Shown here piece after piece: positions 1 to 8,734 of a DNA stretch of 51,789 nt. Source of the DNA: an uncultured archaeon (lineage in GTDB: Archaea > Thermoplasmatota > Penumbrarchaeia > JASLWR01). The notes below the pieces were generated by a model, which was not told the origin of the DNA, ran no database searches, and saw only the letters and a list, made by a program, of their open reading frames with translations. The stretch spans positions 1 through 51,789 of the forward strand of contig CAYSHM010000023.1 in assembly GCA_964430885.1 (NCBI GenBank). The letters are read 5' to 3'. The position numbers and the translations under genes are program-made. Every line of letters begins with the position of its first letter. Position 1 is the stretch's first letter.

Positions 1-127
1 CCGCTTCCTCTGCACCTTCTTCGGCAGCCTCTTCCACCGCTTCCTCTGCACCTTCTTCGGCAGCCTCTTCCACCGCTTCCTCTGCACCTTCTTCGGCAGC
101 CTCTTCCACCGCTTCCTCTGCACCTTC
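1..127. repeat. 36-bp perfect tandem repeat (3.5 copies visible, continues to edge)
   Basis: Unit CCGCTTCCTCTGCACCTTCTTCGGCAGCCTCTTCCA at 1, 37 and 73, partial at 109. Encodes EGAEEAVEEAAE on the minus strand. Confidence 0.95.
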
Positions 128-1708
128 GGCAGTGTCCGGGCTGAAATCCTCGGGCATATAATCCTCGCACGCATAGCAGTACCATCTCTGGTAATCCTCG
201 ATATAGTCTACATCACCTTGGCAATTGGGACATATCGGAGCAGCAGGTTTCACCTCTTCTTGGACCACTTCTTCTTCTTCGGTCTGTTCTTCTTCATGTT
301 TTTCCTCAGCGGCCTCTTGAGCAAAGTCTTCGGGCATATATTCCTCACATGCGTAGCAGAACCATCTCTGGTAATCCTCGATATAATCCGCATCACCGCC
401 GCACTTGGCGCATTTTGCTTCAGGTTTTTTCTCTTCTTCGGCGGGCTTTTCGTCATCTGTTTCTTCAGGTTCCTCCACCTTTTTCTTTACCCTTCTCTTC
501 ACGATTCTCTTCTTGATAGGTTTACAGATCACTCTTTTACCGGAAGGCAAGATGGCTATCCTTTCACCCTCTTTTGGAACTAGTTCTTCTTCAACTGGCT
601 CCTCTTCAATTGGTTCTTCGGCGGCTTCTTCTACCTGTTCGGCTTGTTCTTCCTTCGGCTGTTCTTCAAGTGTTTCTTCTTCAGCCGCATCCTTTGTTTT
701 CTCTTCCTCTGAAACCGGTTCGGCCCGGAAGTCCTCGGGCATGTATTCCTCACAAGTATAGCAGTACCATCTCTGGTAATCCTCGACATAATCTACATCA
801 CCGTCGCATTTGACACAGCTTGGTTTTGCCCCCACTGGCGTTTCCTCTTCCTCGCCTGCCGCTTCTTCTATCAGTTCTTCTTCCTCGATTTCCACTTCTT
901 CGGTGGGCTGCTCCTCTTCCTCTGGACTTTCCCCCTCTTCAATAGGAGCTTCAGCAGTTCCAGGAGTAAAATCTTCCGGTAAATAATCTTCGCACGCGTA
1001 GCAGTACCATCTCGAATATTCTTCAATATAATTAACTTCCCCAGAGCATTTTGGACATACATTTGTGGGCGTTTCCTCCTCGGGTTCTTCTTCCACAGCT
1101 TCTTCAGTTATTTCTTCAGCTGCCTCTTCCTTATCCCCGTGATCATGAGGCTGAAAATCCTCCGGCATATATTCTTCACACTTATCGCAGTACCATCTCT
1201 GGTATTCCTCTATGTATCGAATGGAATCCTTGCATGAAATACAGGTGGGTCCTTCCTCCTGGGCTTCGGGTTGGAATTCTTCCGGCATATAATCCTGGCA
1301 TTGGTCGCAGTACCATCTTTGATATTCCTCTATGTACCTGATTGGACCACTGCATTTATCGCATTTAGGCCAGGCGCCTTCCTCCTTCACTTCTTCTTCC
1401 CCCTGTCCCTTTTCCTCAGAAGGAGTTTCTTCAGGGATTTCCTCAGGTGCTTCAGCAGCTTCATCCTCAGAAGGCAATTCCTCAGGTGCTTCTTCCTGAG
1501 TCGCCTCTTCTTCGGCCACTTCCTCTGCAGCTTCTTCAGGTGCTTCTACCTTCTCTTCGGTTTCAGCAGCTTGATCTTGGGATTCTACCTTGGTTTCGTC
1601 ATCGTCACCCAGAATATCATCTGCTAGCATATCAAGAAGATCTTCTATCTCTTCAGTACCTTCATCTGTATTATTTTGTACATTATTTCCGGAGGTTTCT
1701 TCATCCAT
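1..1708 (-). CDS. Hyper-acidic protein with six tandem Cys4 Zn-ribbon repeats (3' partial, >=569 aa; absent from ORF track)
   Basis: Manual minus-strand translation from ATG 1708 (GGAGAGGT SD-like motif upstream) gives MDEETSGNNVQNNTDEGTEEIEDLLDMLADDILGD... with no stop seen before the window edge. Six repeats of CxxCxxxxxY[IV]E[ED]YxRW[YF]CxxCxxY[ML]PE[ED]F lie in Glu/Ala/Pro-rich linkers. No signal peptide or TM segment in the visible part. Confidence 0.9.
   Translation of the reverse strand, partial: MDEETSGNNVQNNTDEGTEEIEDLLDMLADDILGDDDETKVESQDQAAETEEKVEAPEEAAEEVAEEEATQEEAPEELPSEDEAAEAPEEIPEETPSEEKGQGEEEVKEEGAWPKCDKCSGPIRYIEEYQRWYCDQCQDYMPEEFQPEAQEEGPTCISCKDSIRYIEEYQRWYCDKCEEYMPEDFQPHDHGDKEEAAEEITEEAVEEEPEEETPTNVCPKCSGEVNYIEEYSRWYCYACEDYLPEDFTPGTAEAPIEEGESPEEEEQPTEEVEIEEEELIEEAAGEEEETPVGAKPSCVKCDGDVDYVEDYQRWYCYTCEEYMPEDFRAEPVSEEEKTKDAAEEETLEEQPKEEQAEQVEEAAEEPIEEEPVEEELVPKEGERIAILPSGKRVICKPIKKRIVKRRVKKKVEEPEETDDEKPAEEEKKPEAKCAKCGGDADYIEDYQRWFCYACEEYMPEDFAQEAAEEKHEEEQTEEEEVVQEEVKPAAPICPNCQGDVDYIEDYQRWYCYACEDYMPEDFSPDTAEGAEEAVEEAAEEGAEEAVEEAAEEGAEEAVEEAAEEGAEEA
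137..1363 (-). repeat. Six dispersed coding repeats (Zn-ribbon units)
   Basis: The DNA core GCAG(T/A)ACCATCT recurs near 176, 356, 761, 1001, 1187 and 1307, all in the same minus-strand frame (RW[YF]C). Confidence 0.9.
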
Positions 1709-1749
1709 GTTTTACCTCTCCTATCACTTTTATTACGTAGCGGTAAGGG

Positions 1750-1760
1750 TTTTATAAAAG
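1750..1760 (-). promoter_or_regulatory. Putative archaeal TATA box for the Zn-ribbon repeat gene
   Basis: CTTTTATAAAA on the minus strand ~45 nt upstream of ATG 1708. Confidence 0.45.
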
Positions 1761-1855
1761 AACTTGAATTGGTTACTTCATATATGTATTTTTTTATGGA
1801 TTATATTTATTTATGAGCCAAAAGAGTGAAAATTTTGGGTATTCCATCGGTATTA

Positions 1856-4800
1856 TCACTGCAGCATGCTTTGAGTTCTGCAGCTCGGACATTCAATGGT
1901 TACGGGTCTTTCATCCGCCAAAACCTGCATTGCCGATTCGCAATTATAACAGATGACAGTTTCTCCCTGCGGTGTTTCAACTTCTTTCTTCATGGGAGGT
2001 TTCGGAGGTTTTTTCAGTTTTTTCTCCATTTTTCCCGCTTCGGGAGGTTCATAATCGCCAGGTTTCTTAAAGGTCAGGCCATCATCATCCCCCAGATCAA
2101 GCTTGGCATGTTCAGATACCTGAATGATCTCTTCTTCCCCTGTAGGACCTATCATATCATCCAAGGCCCCGTCCAGCAGATCGTCGATGTCGTCTTCATC
2201 CTCATCTGAGCCCTTTTCACCATCTACGGGGAATTCCTCTTCAAAAGCTTCTCCCTTGGGTTTGGCCTTTCCTTTTCCAGGCGGCGGAGGGGGTGCTTTC
2301 TTCTTTGGTTTGGGCAAGGGTTTTTCTTTTTCACCTTGGTCGACAATTCCATCCTTTTCATCCTCATCATCTTCTTTTGATTCTTCTCTCTCATCTTTTT
2401 CTTCTTTCTTTTGGGAGAGGTCAGATGTTGTTACTAGGGGTTCATCTTCTGATTTATCCTCATCAATATCGCCTTCTTCATCTTCGGTTTCCTTTCCATC
2501 CATATCAATATGCTGCGGCTGGACATCCTCCTTTTTCCTCTTCCGTATCACGATGATTATTATGAGTATTATGAAGAGGACTATTATTAATGCTATTATC
2601 AGCCAAAGAGCTGGAATCGCCCTATCTTGGTCATCATCCGATGATTTGGAGTCGGAAATGACATCAATCGTCCAGTTAAATGAATCATATGTATCTCCAT
2701 CGGGACTCTGAAGCTCAACTCTGAGAATTATCTGTTTTCCAACATATCCCTTCACCATCTTTTTGGAAAACTTATCACCTTTACTTTTCTTATCTTCAAT
2801 GTTGTTCAGGTACCATTTAATTTCGTACTCGTCATCCAAGGGATTGTCAACGTCGATCTCAACTATGAGCATTTTCTCAGCTATAACGGTAACATTGTCC
2901 GCATGGTCATCATCAAAATCCAAAATGGGGAATATATTCTTTATGGGTCTGAATGGTCCAGAACACTGGATTTCTTCAAGATGATTTCCCTCGTAATCGT
3001 ATGCAATAACGGCGATCCAGTAGGAATCACCACCTTTCAATTTTCTGCTCTGGTAATGGTCAATACGAAGGCTTGTATCGTCAATGAGGAATAGCTCCGT
3101 GCTTCCAGTCTCCTCCTTCACCACATGTGCTACATGGTTAGGTAGAAGTAAACTCACATTGTTGTCGAACACGAATACTTTATAATAAGCAAAGTCAGAA
3201 TCAGTTGCAGGTTCCCATTGGACATCCAGGGCGGAACCGTCGTCATTCGGAACATCTGCAGCTCCTATTCCAATCACCCTGCCGGGGGGCAGATTGTCAA
3301 AGCATTTCACTGGACCAAAGGGCACTACGGAAAGGTCTTGGTTCCCCGTAAGATCTTTGGCGGAAACCGCGAAGTAATAATTTCTATTATTGGAGAGGGC
3401 GCTTCCATCAATGGAATCGATCTGTAGTGTTACACTGTCATCGTCATCATTGAGATCCTCTTTATCCAAATATATTATCGGGTCCTCACCCGCAATAGTA
3501 TAGAATTCAGTTTCTTTGATATATATTTCATATGCAACCACATCTTCTTCATCACTCAGTTCGAAGGTTAATGTGAACTCTCCGCCACTATCGCCAGGAG
3601 TGTCAATGACCTTGCTGATCTCAATAGGTTCAGGAGGATAATTCTCTTTACAGATGACGGGTCCGGCCAGATTGATGCCGAACTCTACATTTTTATCCTC
3701 GTTCCATCTTTCATCAACTACTGTAACAGCGATATAATATTCCTTGTCCAGGTTGACCAAGGGCTTTCCTCCGCTAGTGGTAAGAAGAACCTGCTGAGTG
3801 GAGTGCAGATATAGGCTTATTTCGGGGGTCAGACCTTCCACACTGACAAAGGAATAATTGGCGATATATATATTATAGTGATGGAAATCATAGCTGTCAA
3901 ATGATGTCCACATTACACTTATGGCTCTTCCGCCAATATCTTTATAGGTTTCATTTGCTACAGCGTCAGCCACATAAAGCCCTGTCACTGGGCCAGGGGC
4001 AATGTTTTCATAGTTGATGACCGAGGGTGAGGAAGCGATCCGTTCATTGAAATTGCCGGAAGTATCAACTGCAACAACTGCAGCGTAATACTCCTCTCCT
4101 TCGACCAGATTTTCTCCGTCCATTTTCGTGAGGGTCGTATGATTGGTCAGTACATTACCAGCTTCCGGTCCATCGAGTTCACTTACATTAGTGATTCGCT
4201 CATCATCAATGAATACCTCATAATGCTCAAAATCCAAGGCAGTACACTCCTCCCAGTATACTTCTATACTTCCTCCCTGGTCATTGGGCGTATCATATAC
4301 CGTGACATTAGAAACCTGATCCGGAGCTATATTGTCCAGAGGAATCAGCTGTCCTACCTTGTTGTGACTATTTACAGTTCGGTTCTCCAACCTCTCGACA
4401 GAATTATCCACACTGGTTACGGCAAAAAAGTAACCCTGGTCATTGGATAGATTGGTAATATTGTATGAGGTACCAGTATAATTTGTTTCAATAGGATTCA
4501 GTGCATTCAGTGATACAATGTTATTGTTGCTTTGGTAGATATTATAGGTTCCGAAGTCGGGACTGGTGTTTGGCTCCCATTCTATGTGGAGTGCAAATCC
4601 TTCATCATTGGGGATGTCACCACCGGTAACACCGGTTACGCCGACGGGCGGATTGTTCAGGCTGTGTCCTGATCCGTTCACCACCTCAAGGTTTACATTC
4701 CCGTTGTAATCGGTGGCTGAAACTGCAAAGTAATAATCCACCTCATCCTGGAGAGGGTTGCCCTGGTAGCTTTCTATTAGATGGGTAGTGTTAGCAGGGT

Positions 4801-6211
4801 CAATTACCTCTGAGAACAGCGGTGTCATACCTGATACGTTATAGATAGGGTCGGTGCTTGCGTAAACATCATAGTGTTCAAAATCCCACATCTGACATTT
4901 GTTCCATTCCAGAACAAAGGCTCCGCCATTATCGTTTGGAACGTCAGTTACTCTAACGTTCTGGATTGGTGGTGGGGCGGTCAAATCGGGAACATAGTTC
5001 TCCAAACCGTATATTATGACATCATCAATGTAGAAACCGGTATTGTTCCCTCCTGCATCAGCCTCAAAAAAGAACCTGAATTGGATATTAGAAAAGTCGC
5101 GTACCGGGGATTGGAAATCCCACATGGTGAAACCCATGGGAACACCTATGCCCTTTGGTTCCGTGGGATCGACCTGCTGGTTTTGGTTTTCATCCAGATA
5201 CCAATTGGTGCTGATCCAGTTGGGATAGTTGCCCGCATATCCTTGAGGCGGGTCGTTAGCGTTGCCGAAAATATGGTCATAATTGGCGAATCCATCATCA
5301 CTCACCTGATCGGTATATATATGGTCATCACCCCCGCCAGTTCTTCCGCTGAGTTTGTATGCGTAGCTCAGAGGGTATGTGAAATCTTGGGGCCAGGAGG
5401 CACCTGCTTTTCTAAAATTGGACAGGTCGATTACCGGAGATCTGAGTTCCATTGCTGCATTATTGGGATATCGGTCGGGTGTCCCGTCATATCCATGGTA
5501 CCATGCATTTGGGACTGAGTGCGTACCAGCACCCACTGGTGTATCTGTGACATGCCACAAGTCGGTCTGTCCAAGGTCGCTGGGGACATGGGTCCACAAT
5601 CCTTCCCCGTTCTCGCAATCGTCTGCCCATTTATTCACCCAGCCAAGGAGGGTGAAGTGATCGTTTGACCGATTGGTATCATCAGTCACGTTTACGCTAG
5701 CAGTAATGTTGTATAGAAAAGCAAAAAGGAATTGATGAGAAAACTGGACATTGATCGTTGCACCACCAGCAATGTTGTTTATGGTCCTTGTAACATTCAT
5801 GACCTCAATGATTTCGAATTCCTCTGTGGTATTTGCGGTCCATATCTCACAGTAAACATCCACATTGGAAACGGGGTTTCCCAGGTTGTTGGTTACGGAA
5901 ACAGTGAATTCAGTGATCTTTCCCACTATACCAATGCTATAATTCCCTTCGTATCCCGGATCTGTGACCTCCCATCCTTCTATACCGCCATTATAATCAA
6001 TATTATCTACAGATACTTCGGTATCGGCTCGGGATGATATTGTAAATGAATCATGTCCTGCCTGCATGTTTTCTGGTTGGCTCAAGGGTTTGACCTTTGA
6101 ATCTGTTTTCAATTTACTGCTGAATTTGTCATCAACGATGGAATATAAGCTGGCCGAGAAAACAAGTAACATCAGTACAACAGTAATGGTTGTTTTTATT
6201 TTACAATTCAT
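1856..6211 (-). CDS. Large single-pass surface protein: CARDB-like + MAM/immune-inhibitor-A-like jelly roll + six FN3-like repeats + TM + acidic/Pro-rich tail with C-terminal Zn ribbon
   Basis: N-terminal signal peptide and a GFYIDDV strand. Six repeats of PP..V..V...DxPND.G......W...DF..Y..Y...YY.AV.A.D..GN. TM helix LWLIIALIIVLFIILIIIIVI followed by RKRKK. Ends CYNC-x17-CPSC. Confidence 0.85.
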   Translation of the reverse strand: MNCKIKTTITVVLMLLVFSASLYSIVDDKFSSKLKTDSKVKPLSQPENMQAGHDSFTISSRADTEVSVDNIDYNGGIEGWEVTDPGYEGNYSIGIVGKITEFTVSVTNNLGNPVSNVDVYCEIWTANTTEEFEIIEVMNVTRTINNIAGGATINVQFSHQFLFAFLYNITASVNVTDDTNRSNDHFTLLGWVNKWADDCENGEGLWTHVPSDLGQTDLWHVTDTPVGAGTHSVPNAWYHGYDGTPDRYPNNAAMELRSPVIDLSNFRKAGASWPQDFTYPLSYAYKLSGRTGGGDDHIYTDQVSDDGFANYDHIFGNANDPPQGYAGNYPNWISTNWYLDENQNQQVDPTEPKGIGVPMGFTMWDFQSPVRDFSNIQFRFFFEADAGGNNTGFYIDDVIIYGLENYVPDLTAPPPIQNVRVTDVPNDNGGAFVLEWNKCQMWDFEHYDVYASTDPIYNVSGMTPLFSEVIDPANTTHLIESYQGNPLQDEVDYYFAVSATDYNGNVNLEVVNGSGHSLNNPPVGVTGVTGGDIPNDEGFALHIEWEPNTSPDFGTYNIYQSNNNIVSLNALNPIETNYTGTSYNITNLSNDQGYFFAVTSVDNSVERLENRTVNSHNKVGQLIPLDNIAPDQVSNVTVYDTPNDQGGSIEVYWEECTALDFEHYEVFIDDERITNVSELDGPEAGNVLTNHTTLTKMDGENLVEGEEYYAAVVAVDTSGNFNERIASSPSVINYENIAPGPVTGLYVADAVANETYKDIGGRAISVMWTSFDSYDFHHYNIYIANYSFVSVEGLTPEISLYLHSTQQVLLTTSGGKPLVNLDKEYYIAVTVVDERWNEDKNVEFGINLAGPVICKENYPPEPIEISKVIDTPGDSGGEFTLTFELSDEEDVVAYEIYIKETEFYTIAGEDPIIYLDKEDLNDDDDSVTLQIDSIDGSALSNNRNYYFAVSAKDLTGNQDLSVVPFGPVKCFDNLPPGRVIGIGAADVPNDDGSALDVQWEPATDSDFAYYKVFVFDNNVSLLLPNHVAHVVKEETGSTELFLIDDTSLRIDHYQSRKLKGGDSYWIAVIAYDYEGNHLEEIQCSGPFRPIKNIFPILDFDDDHADNVTVIAEKMLIVEIDVDNPLDDEYEIKWYLNNIEDKKSKGDKFSKKMVKGYVGKQIILRVELQSPDGDTYDSFNWTIDVISDSKSSDDDQDRAIPALWLIIALIIVLFIILIIIIVIRKRKKEDVQPQHIDMDGKETEDEEGDIDEDKSEDEPLVTTSDLSQKKEEKDEREESKEDDEDEKDGIVDQGEKEKPLPKPKKKAPPPPPGKGKAKPKGEAFEEEFPVDGEKGSDEDEDDIDDLLDGALDDMIGPTGEEEIIQVSEHAKLDLGDDDGLTFKKPGDYEPPEAGKMEKKLKKPPKPPMKKEVETPQGETVICYNCESAMQVLADERPVTIECPSCRTQSMLQ

Positions 6212-6563
6212 TCGCTACACCTCATTCTTCAGTAAACATCTCGTTGGAGTTTGGAAAGTAGATTTTTTCCATATTATTAATGTAATATTCACTGCAGAGT
6301 ATCGCTTACACAATTCGGTAATATCAAATAAACATTTCTGTATAGTATGAACCTAACTTGATTAAAGGAAATCCAGTTTTTAAGTATTTTGGTCAAATGA
6401 AACCTCGTCCCGATTATTAATAATACAGACTGAGTTTCGAGGTGTTTATCCCTTTTTTATTATTCAAATATTTGGGAAAGTTGGTTTTAATAAGGTGAGA
6501 GTTATAATCTCGTTCTTGGTTCCATTAAACCTCATAATACCTTGGTACACTATGAAAGTCATG

Positions 6564-6587
6564 AAAGAATTGCAGGTGAATGAATGA
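6564..6587 (+). repeat. Direct repeat copy 1 (SD + start region)
   Basis: AAAGAATTGCAGGTGAA-TGAATGA. First 17 bp are identical to 7122-7138. Confidence 0.85.
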
Positions 6588-7159
6588 TGACTAAAAGAAT
6601 CATATCGATGCTGCTGCTAGCAGGGATTTTACTCACAATTTTCACCCCGTCAGTAACATCTTCATCAGTAAAGGAATATTATCTTAAAACCAAGGATATC
6701 AAGTACGAAAAGATCGAACCGGTTAACGAGAAGATCGAACTTGAACTGTATGTGAAGGGCAATGTATCCAAAATTGATATCTACATCATGACCTTAAGTG
6801 ATTATTCAAACAATATGTTTCTGGAGCGGAACTTCACCAATGAGACCATAATGTTCTCCCATAATGTTTATAGTTGTAACATCACATTCGAACCTGAAGA
6901 TGATGATGACTATGTTATAGTCATGGACAATTCAGATAATTATCTCTCAAATGACACGGTCCCCGATGAGGATGTGAGGGTTATGGTCAGGATAAAATAT
7001 ACTAAGTCCGCCAAACCCATGACAATCAAAGGACTGATAATTTCCTTTCTAGCTCTGGTCTTTATAGTTTATTCACTGGTCCTTTATAGAAGAAAGGTAA
7101 ACAGGATCAGAGAAAAGGAAAAAAGAATTGCAGGTGAAGTGAATGAAGAAAAGCAGTAA
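6584..7159 (+). CDS. Small exported protein with C-terminal TM anchor (beta-sandwich-like ectodomain), hypothetical
   Basis: AGGTGA SD, signal peptide, C-terminal hydrophobic helix followed by YRRK. Overlaps the next gene by 17 nt. Confidence 0.8.
   Translation: MMTKRIISMLLLAGILLTIFTPSVTSSSVKEYYLKTKDIKYEKIEPVNEKIELELYVKGNVSKIDIYIMTLSDYSNNMFLERNFTNETIMFSHNVYSCNITFEPEDDDDYVIVMDNSDNYLSNDTVPDEDVRVMVRIKYTKSAKPMTIKGLIISFLALVFIVYSLVLYRRKVNRIREKEKRIAGEVNEEKQ
7122..7146 (+). repeat. Direct repeat copy 2 (SD + start region)
   Basis: AAAGAATTGCAGGTGAAGTGAATGA, identical to 6564-6587 except for one inserted G. Confidence 0.85.
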
Positions 7160-8690
7160 TGAGAAATCCAAAGGGATGCTTCGGGCAGATGATCCTGACC
7201 TGCTAAAAAAAATTAACTATTCCAGTGAAATGGTGATCCCTAAAGATCCAATCGAGAGGGTAATAGGCCAGGATGAAGCAGTGGAACTGGCAAAAATTGC
7301 AGCCAGACAAAAACGTCATTTGCTGCTTGGGGGGCCCCCTGGTACCGGGAAATCCATGATCGCTCAGGCCCTTGCTCTGCATCTGCCTGCCCCCACTGAA
7401 GAAATATATGTGGTTCACAATCCGGAAAATCCAGAGCGTCCTTTTGTGGAGCGAAAGAGCGCAGAGGAGATCATGAAGAAGGAGAGGAGCCGGGATATTG
7501 CCGAGGGGATCATGCTGTCGGCTACTGAGGTCCCGGGTGAGATAGCCATCAAACTAGGTTTCAAATGCAATAAATGCGGCATATATTCTCCGCCTCAGGT
7601 CTCGTCCTGCCCTGCTTGCGGTCAGACCAAGGTCGGAACTGAATCTGAAAATGATAAACGTTTCATATCCTTTGGTAATATAAAGATGGCCTTTGGACCG
7701 GGACGGCCTGCAAAGAAACAGGTAACTACCACAAGGAAGATTGACGGCAGGGAAGAAGTGGTCATCTATGAGAGGGTCAATGACCGAATCCTAATGATCG
7801 ACCAGGAGGCCTTGGAGAAGCGCAAGGAATTGAAATCCGAATCGCCCAAGAAGAGGCTTGTTAAACTTGACCGCAACCCCTTTGTATTAGCAACTGGGGC
7901 TTCTGAGACCGAATTCTTAGGTGATGTGAGACATGATCCCTACGGTGGTCATGCGGGATTGGGAACTCCACCCTATGAACGTGTAGTTGCAGGAACCATT
8001 CATGAGGCTCATGAAGGAGTACTTTTCATAGATGAATTGCCCCATATCGCTCATCTCCAGAGGCAGATTCTCACTGCGATGCAGGAAAAGGTATACACTA
8101 TAAGCGGAAGGAATCCACAGAGCGCAGGTGCCTCTGTGAGGGTGGAGGAAATACCGTGCAATTTCATTTTGGTGGCAGCATGCAATATTCAAGATCTGGA
8201 TAAAATACTCTCACCTCTGAGGTCAAGGATAATCGGTGAAGGTTACGAGGCTTTGATGGCCACGACAATGGAGATAAATGATAAGAACACCGGACTTCTT
8301 GTCCAGTTCATTGCCCAGGAAATTATTATGGACGGCAAGATACCTCATGCGAATAGAAGCGGAATTTTGGCCATCCTCGAGGAGTGTAAAAAGAGGGCAA
8401 AGGATACGGATGATGAAGATGATTCCTATTCACTCCGGTTAAGGGATATGGGCGGACTTATCAGGACCGCCGGTGATCTGGCCGTTTTCAGCGGTGATGA
8501 GTTTATAACTGAGCAGCACGTAAAGAGCGCTATCAAGAGATCCCGTTCCCTTGAACAGCAGATAGAAGACCGGTACGGAAGTTATTATGGTGGACTTGCC
8601 AGGGATATATCATCGGCACAGAAGAGCGCGTCATCGCCATACAACTACTGGAATACCCACGTCCATGATGATAAGAAAGGGTATGACTAA
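7143..8690 (+). CDS. Archaeal LonB-related AAA+ ATPase lacking the protease domain and TM insert, with Zn-ribbon insertion
   Basis: VIGQDEAV, Walker A GPPGTGKS, GDVRHDPYG, Walker B VLFIDE, NPQSAGASV, Arg finger PLRSRI and LRLRDMGGLIR are LonB hallmarks. CNKC..CPAC insert. Protein ends ~30 aa after LEQQIEDRY. Confidence 0.88.
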   Translation: MKKSSNEKSKGMLRADDPDLLKKINYSSEMVIPKDPIERVIGQDEAVELAKIAARQKRHLLLGGPPGTGKSMIAQALALHLPAPTEEIYVVHNPENPERPFVERKSAEEIMKKERSRDIAEGIMLSATEVPGEIAIKLGFKCNKCGIYSPPQVSSCPACGQTKVGTESENDKRFISFGNIKMAFGPGRPAKKQVTTTRKIDGREEVVIYERVNDRILMIDQEALEKRKELKSESPKKRLVKLDRNPFVLATGASETEFLGDVRHDPYGGHAGLGTPPYERVVAGTIHEAHEGVLFIDELPHIAHLQRQILTAMQEKVYTISGRNPQSAGASVRVEEIPCNFILVAACNIQDLDKILSPLRSRIIGEGYEALMATTMEINDKNTGLLVQFIAQEIIMDGKIPHANRSGILAILEECKKRAKDTDDEDDSYSLRLRDMGGLIRTAGDLAVFSGDEFITEQHVKSAIKRSRSLEQQIEDRYGSYYGGLARDISSAQKSASSPYNYWNTHVHDDKKGYD

Positions 8691-8734
8691 TGGAAAAACA
8701 AAACCTAAATAATATGTGATTGTTATATTGGGAT

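Noticed and set aside
1-1363. Possible CRISPR array (36-bp repeat; recurring GCAGTACCATCTCTGG core)
   Set aside because: The 36-bp units are contiguous with no spacers. The dispersed repeats are irregularly spaced, degenerate at codon positions and in frame within one ORF. No cas genes.
218-1740. Plus-strand ORFs rich in Phe/Ser/Leu and short Lys/Arg-rich minus-strand ORFs
   Set aside because: Antisense or off-frame shadows of the Glu-rich minus-strand gene 1-1708.
6399-6438. Imperfect inverted repeat with ATTATTAATAAT core, resembling the core upstream of groES
   Set aside because: An AT-only core is expected by chance in these AT-rich spacers and the arms are weak.
7143-8690. Annotation as a Lon protease, Mg-chelatase or lon pseudogene
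   Set aside because: No Ser-Lys protease domain is seen downstream, signature motifs are LonB-type, and intact ATPase motifs argue against decay.
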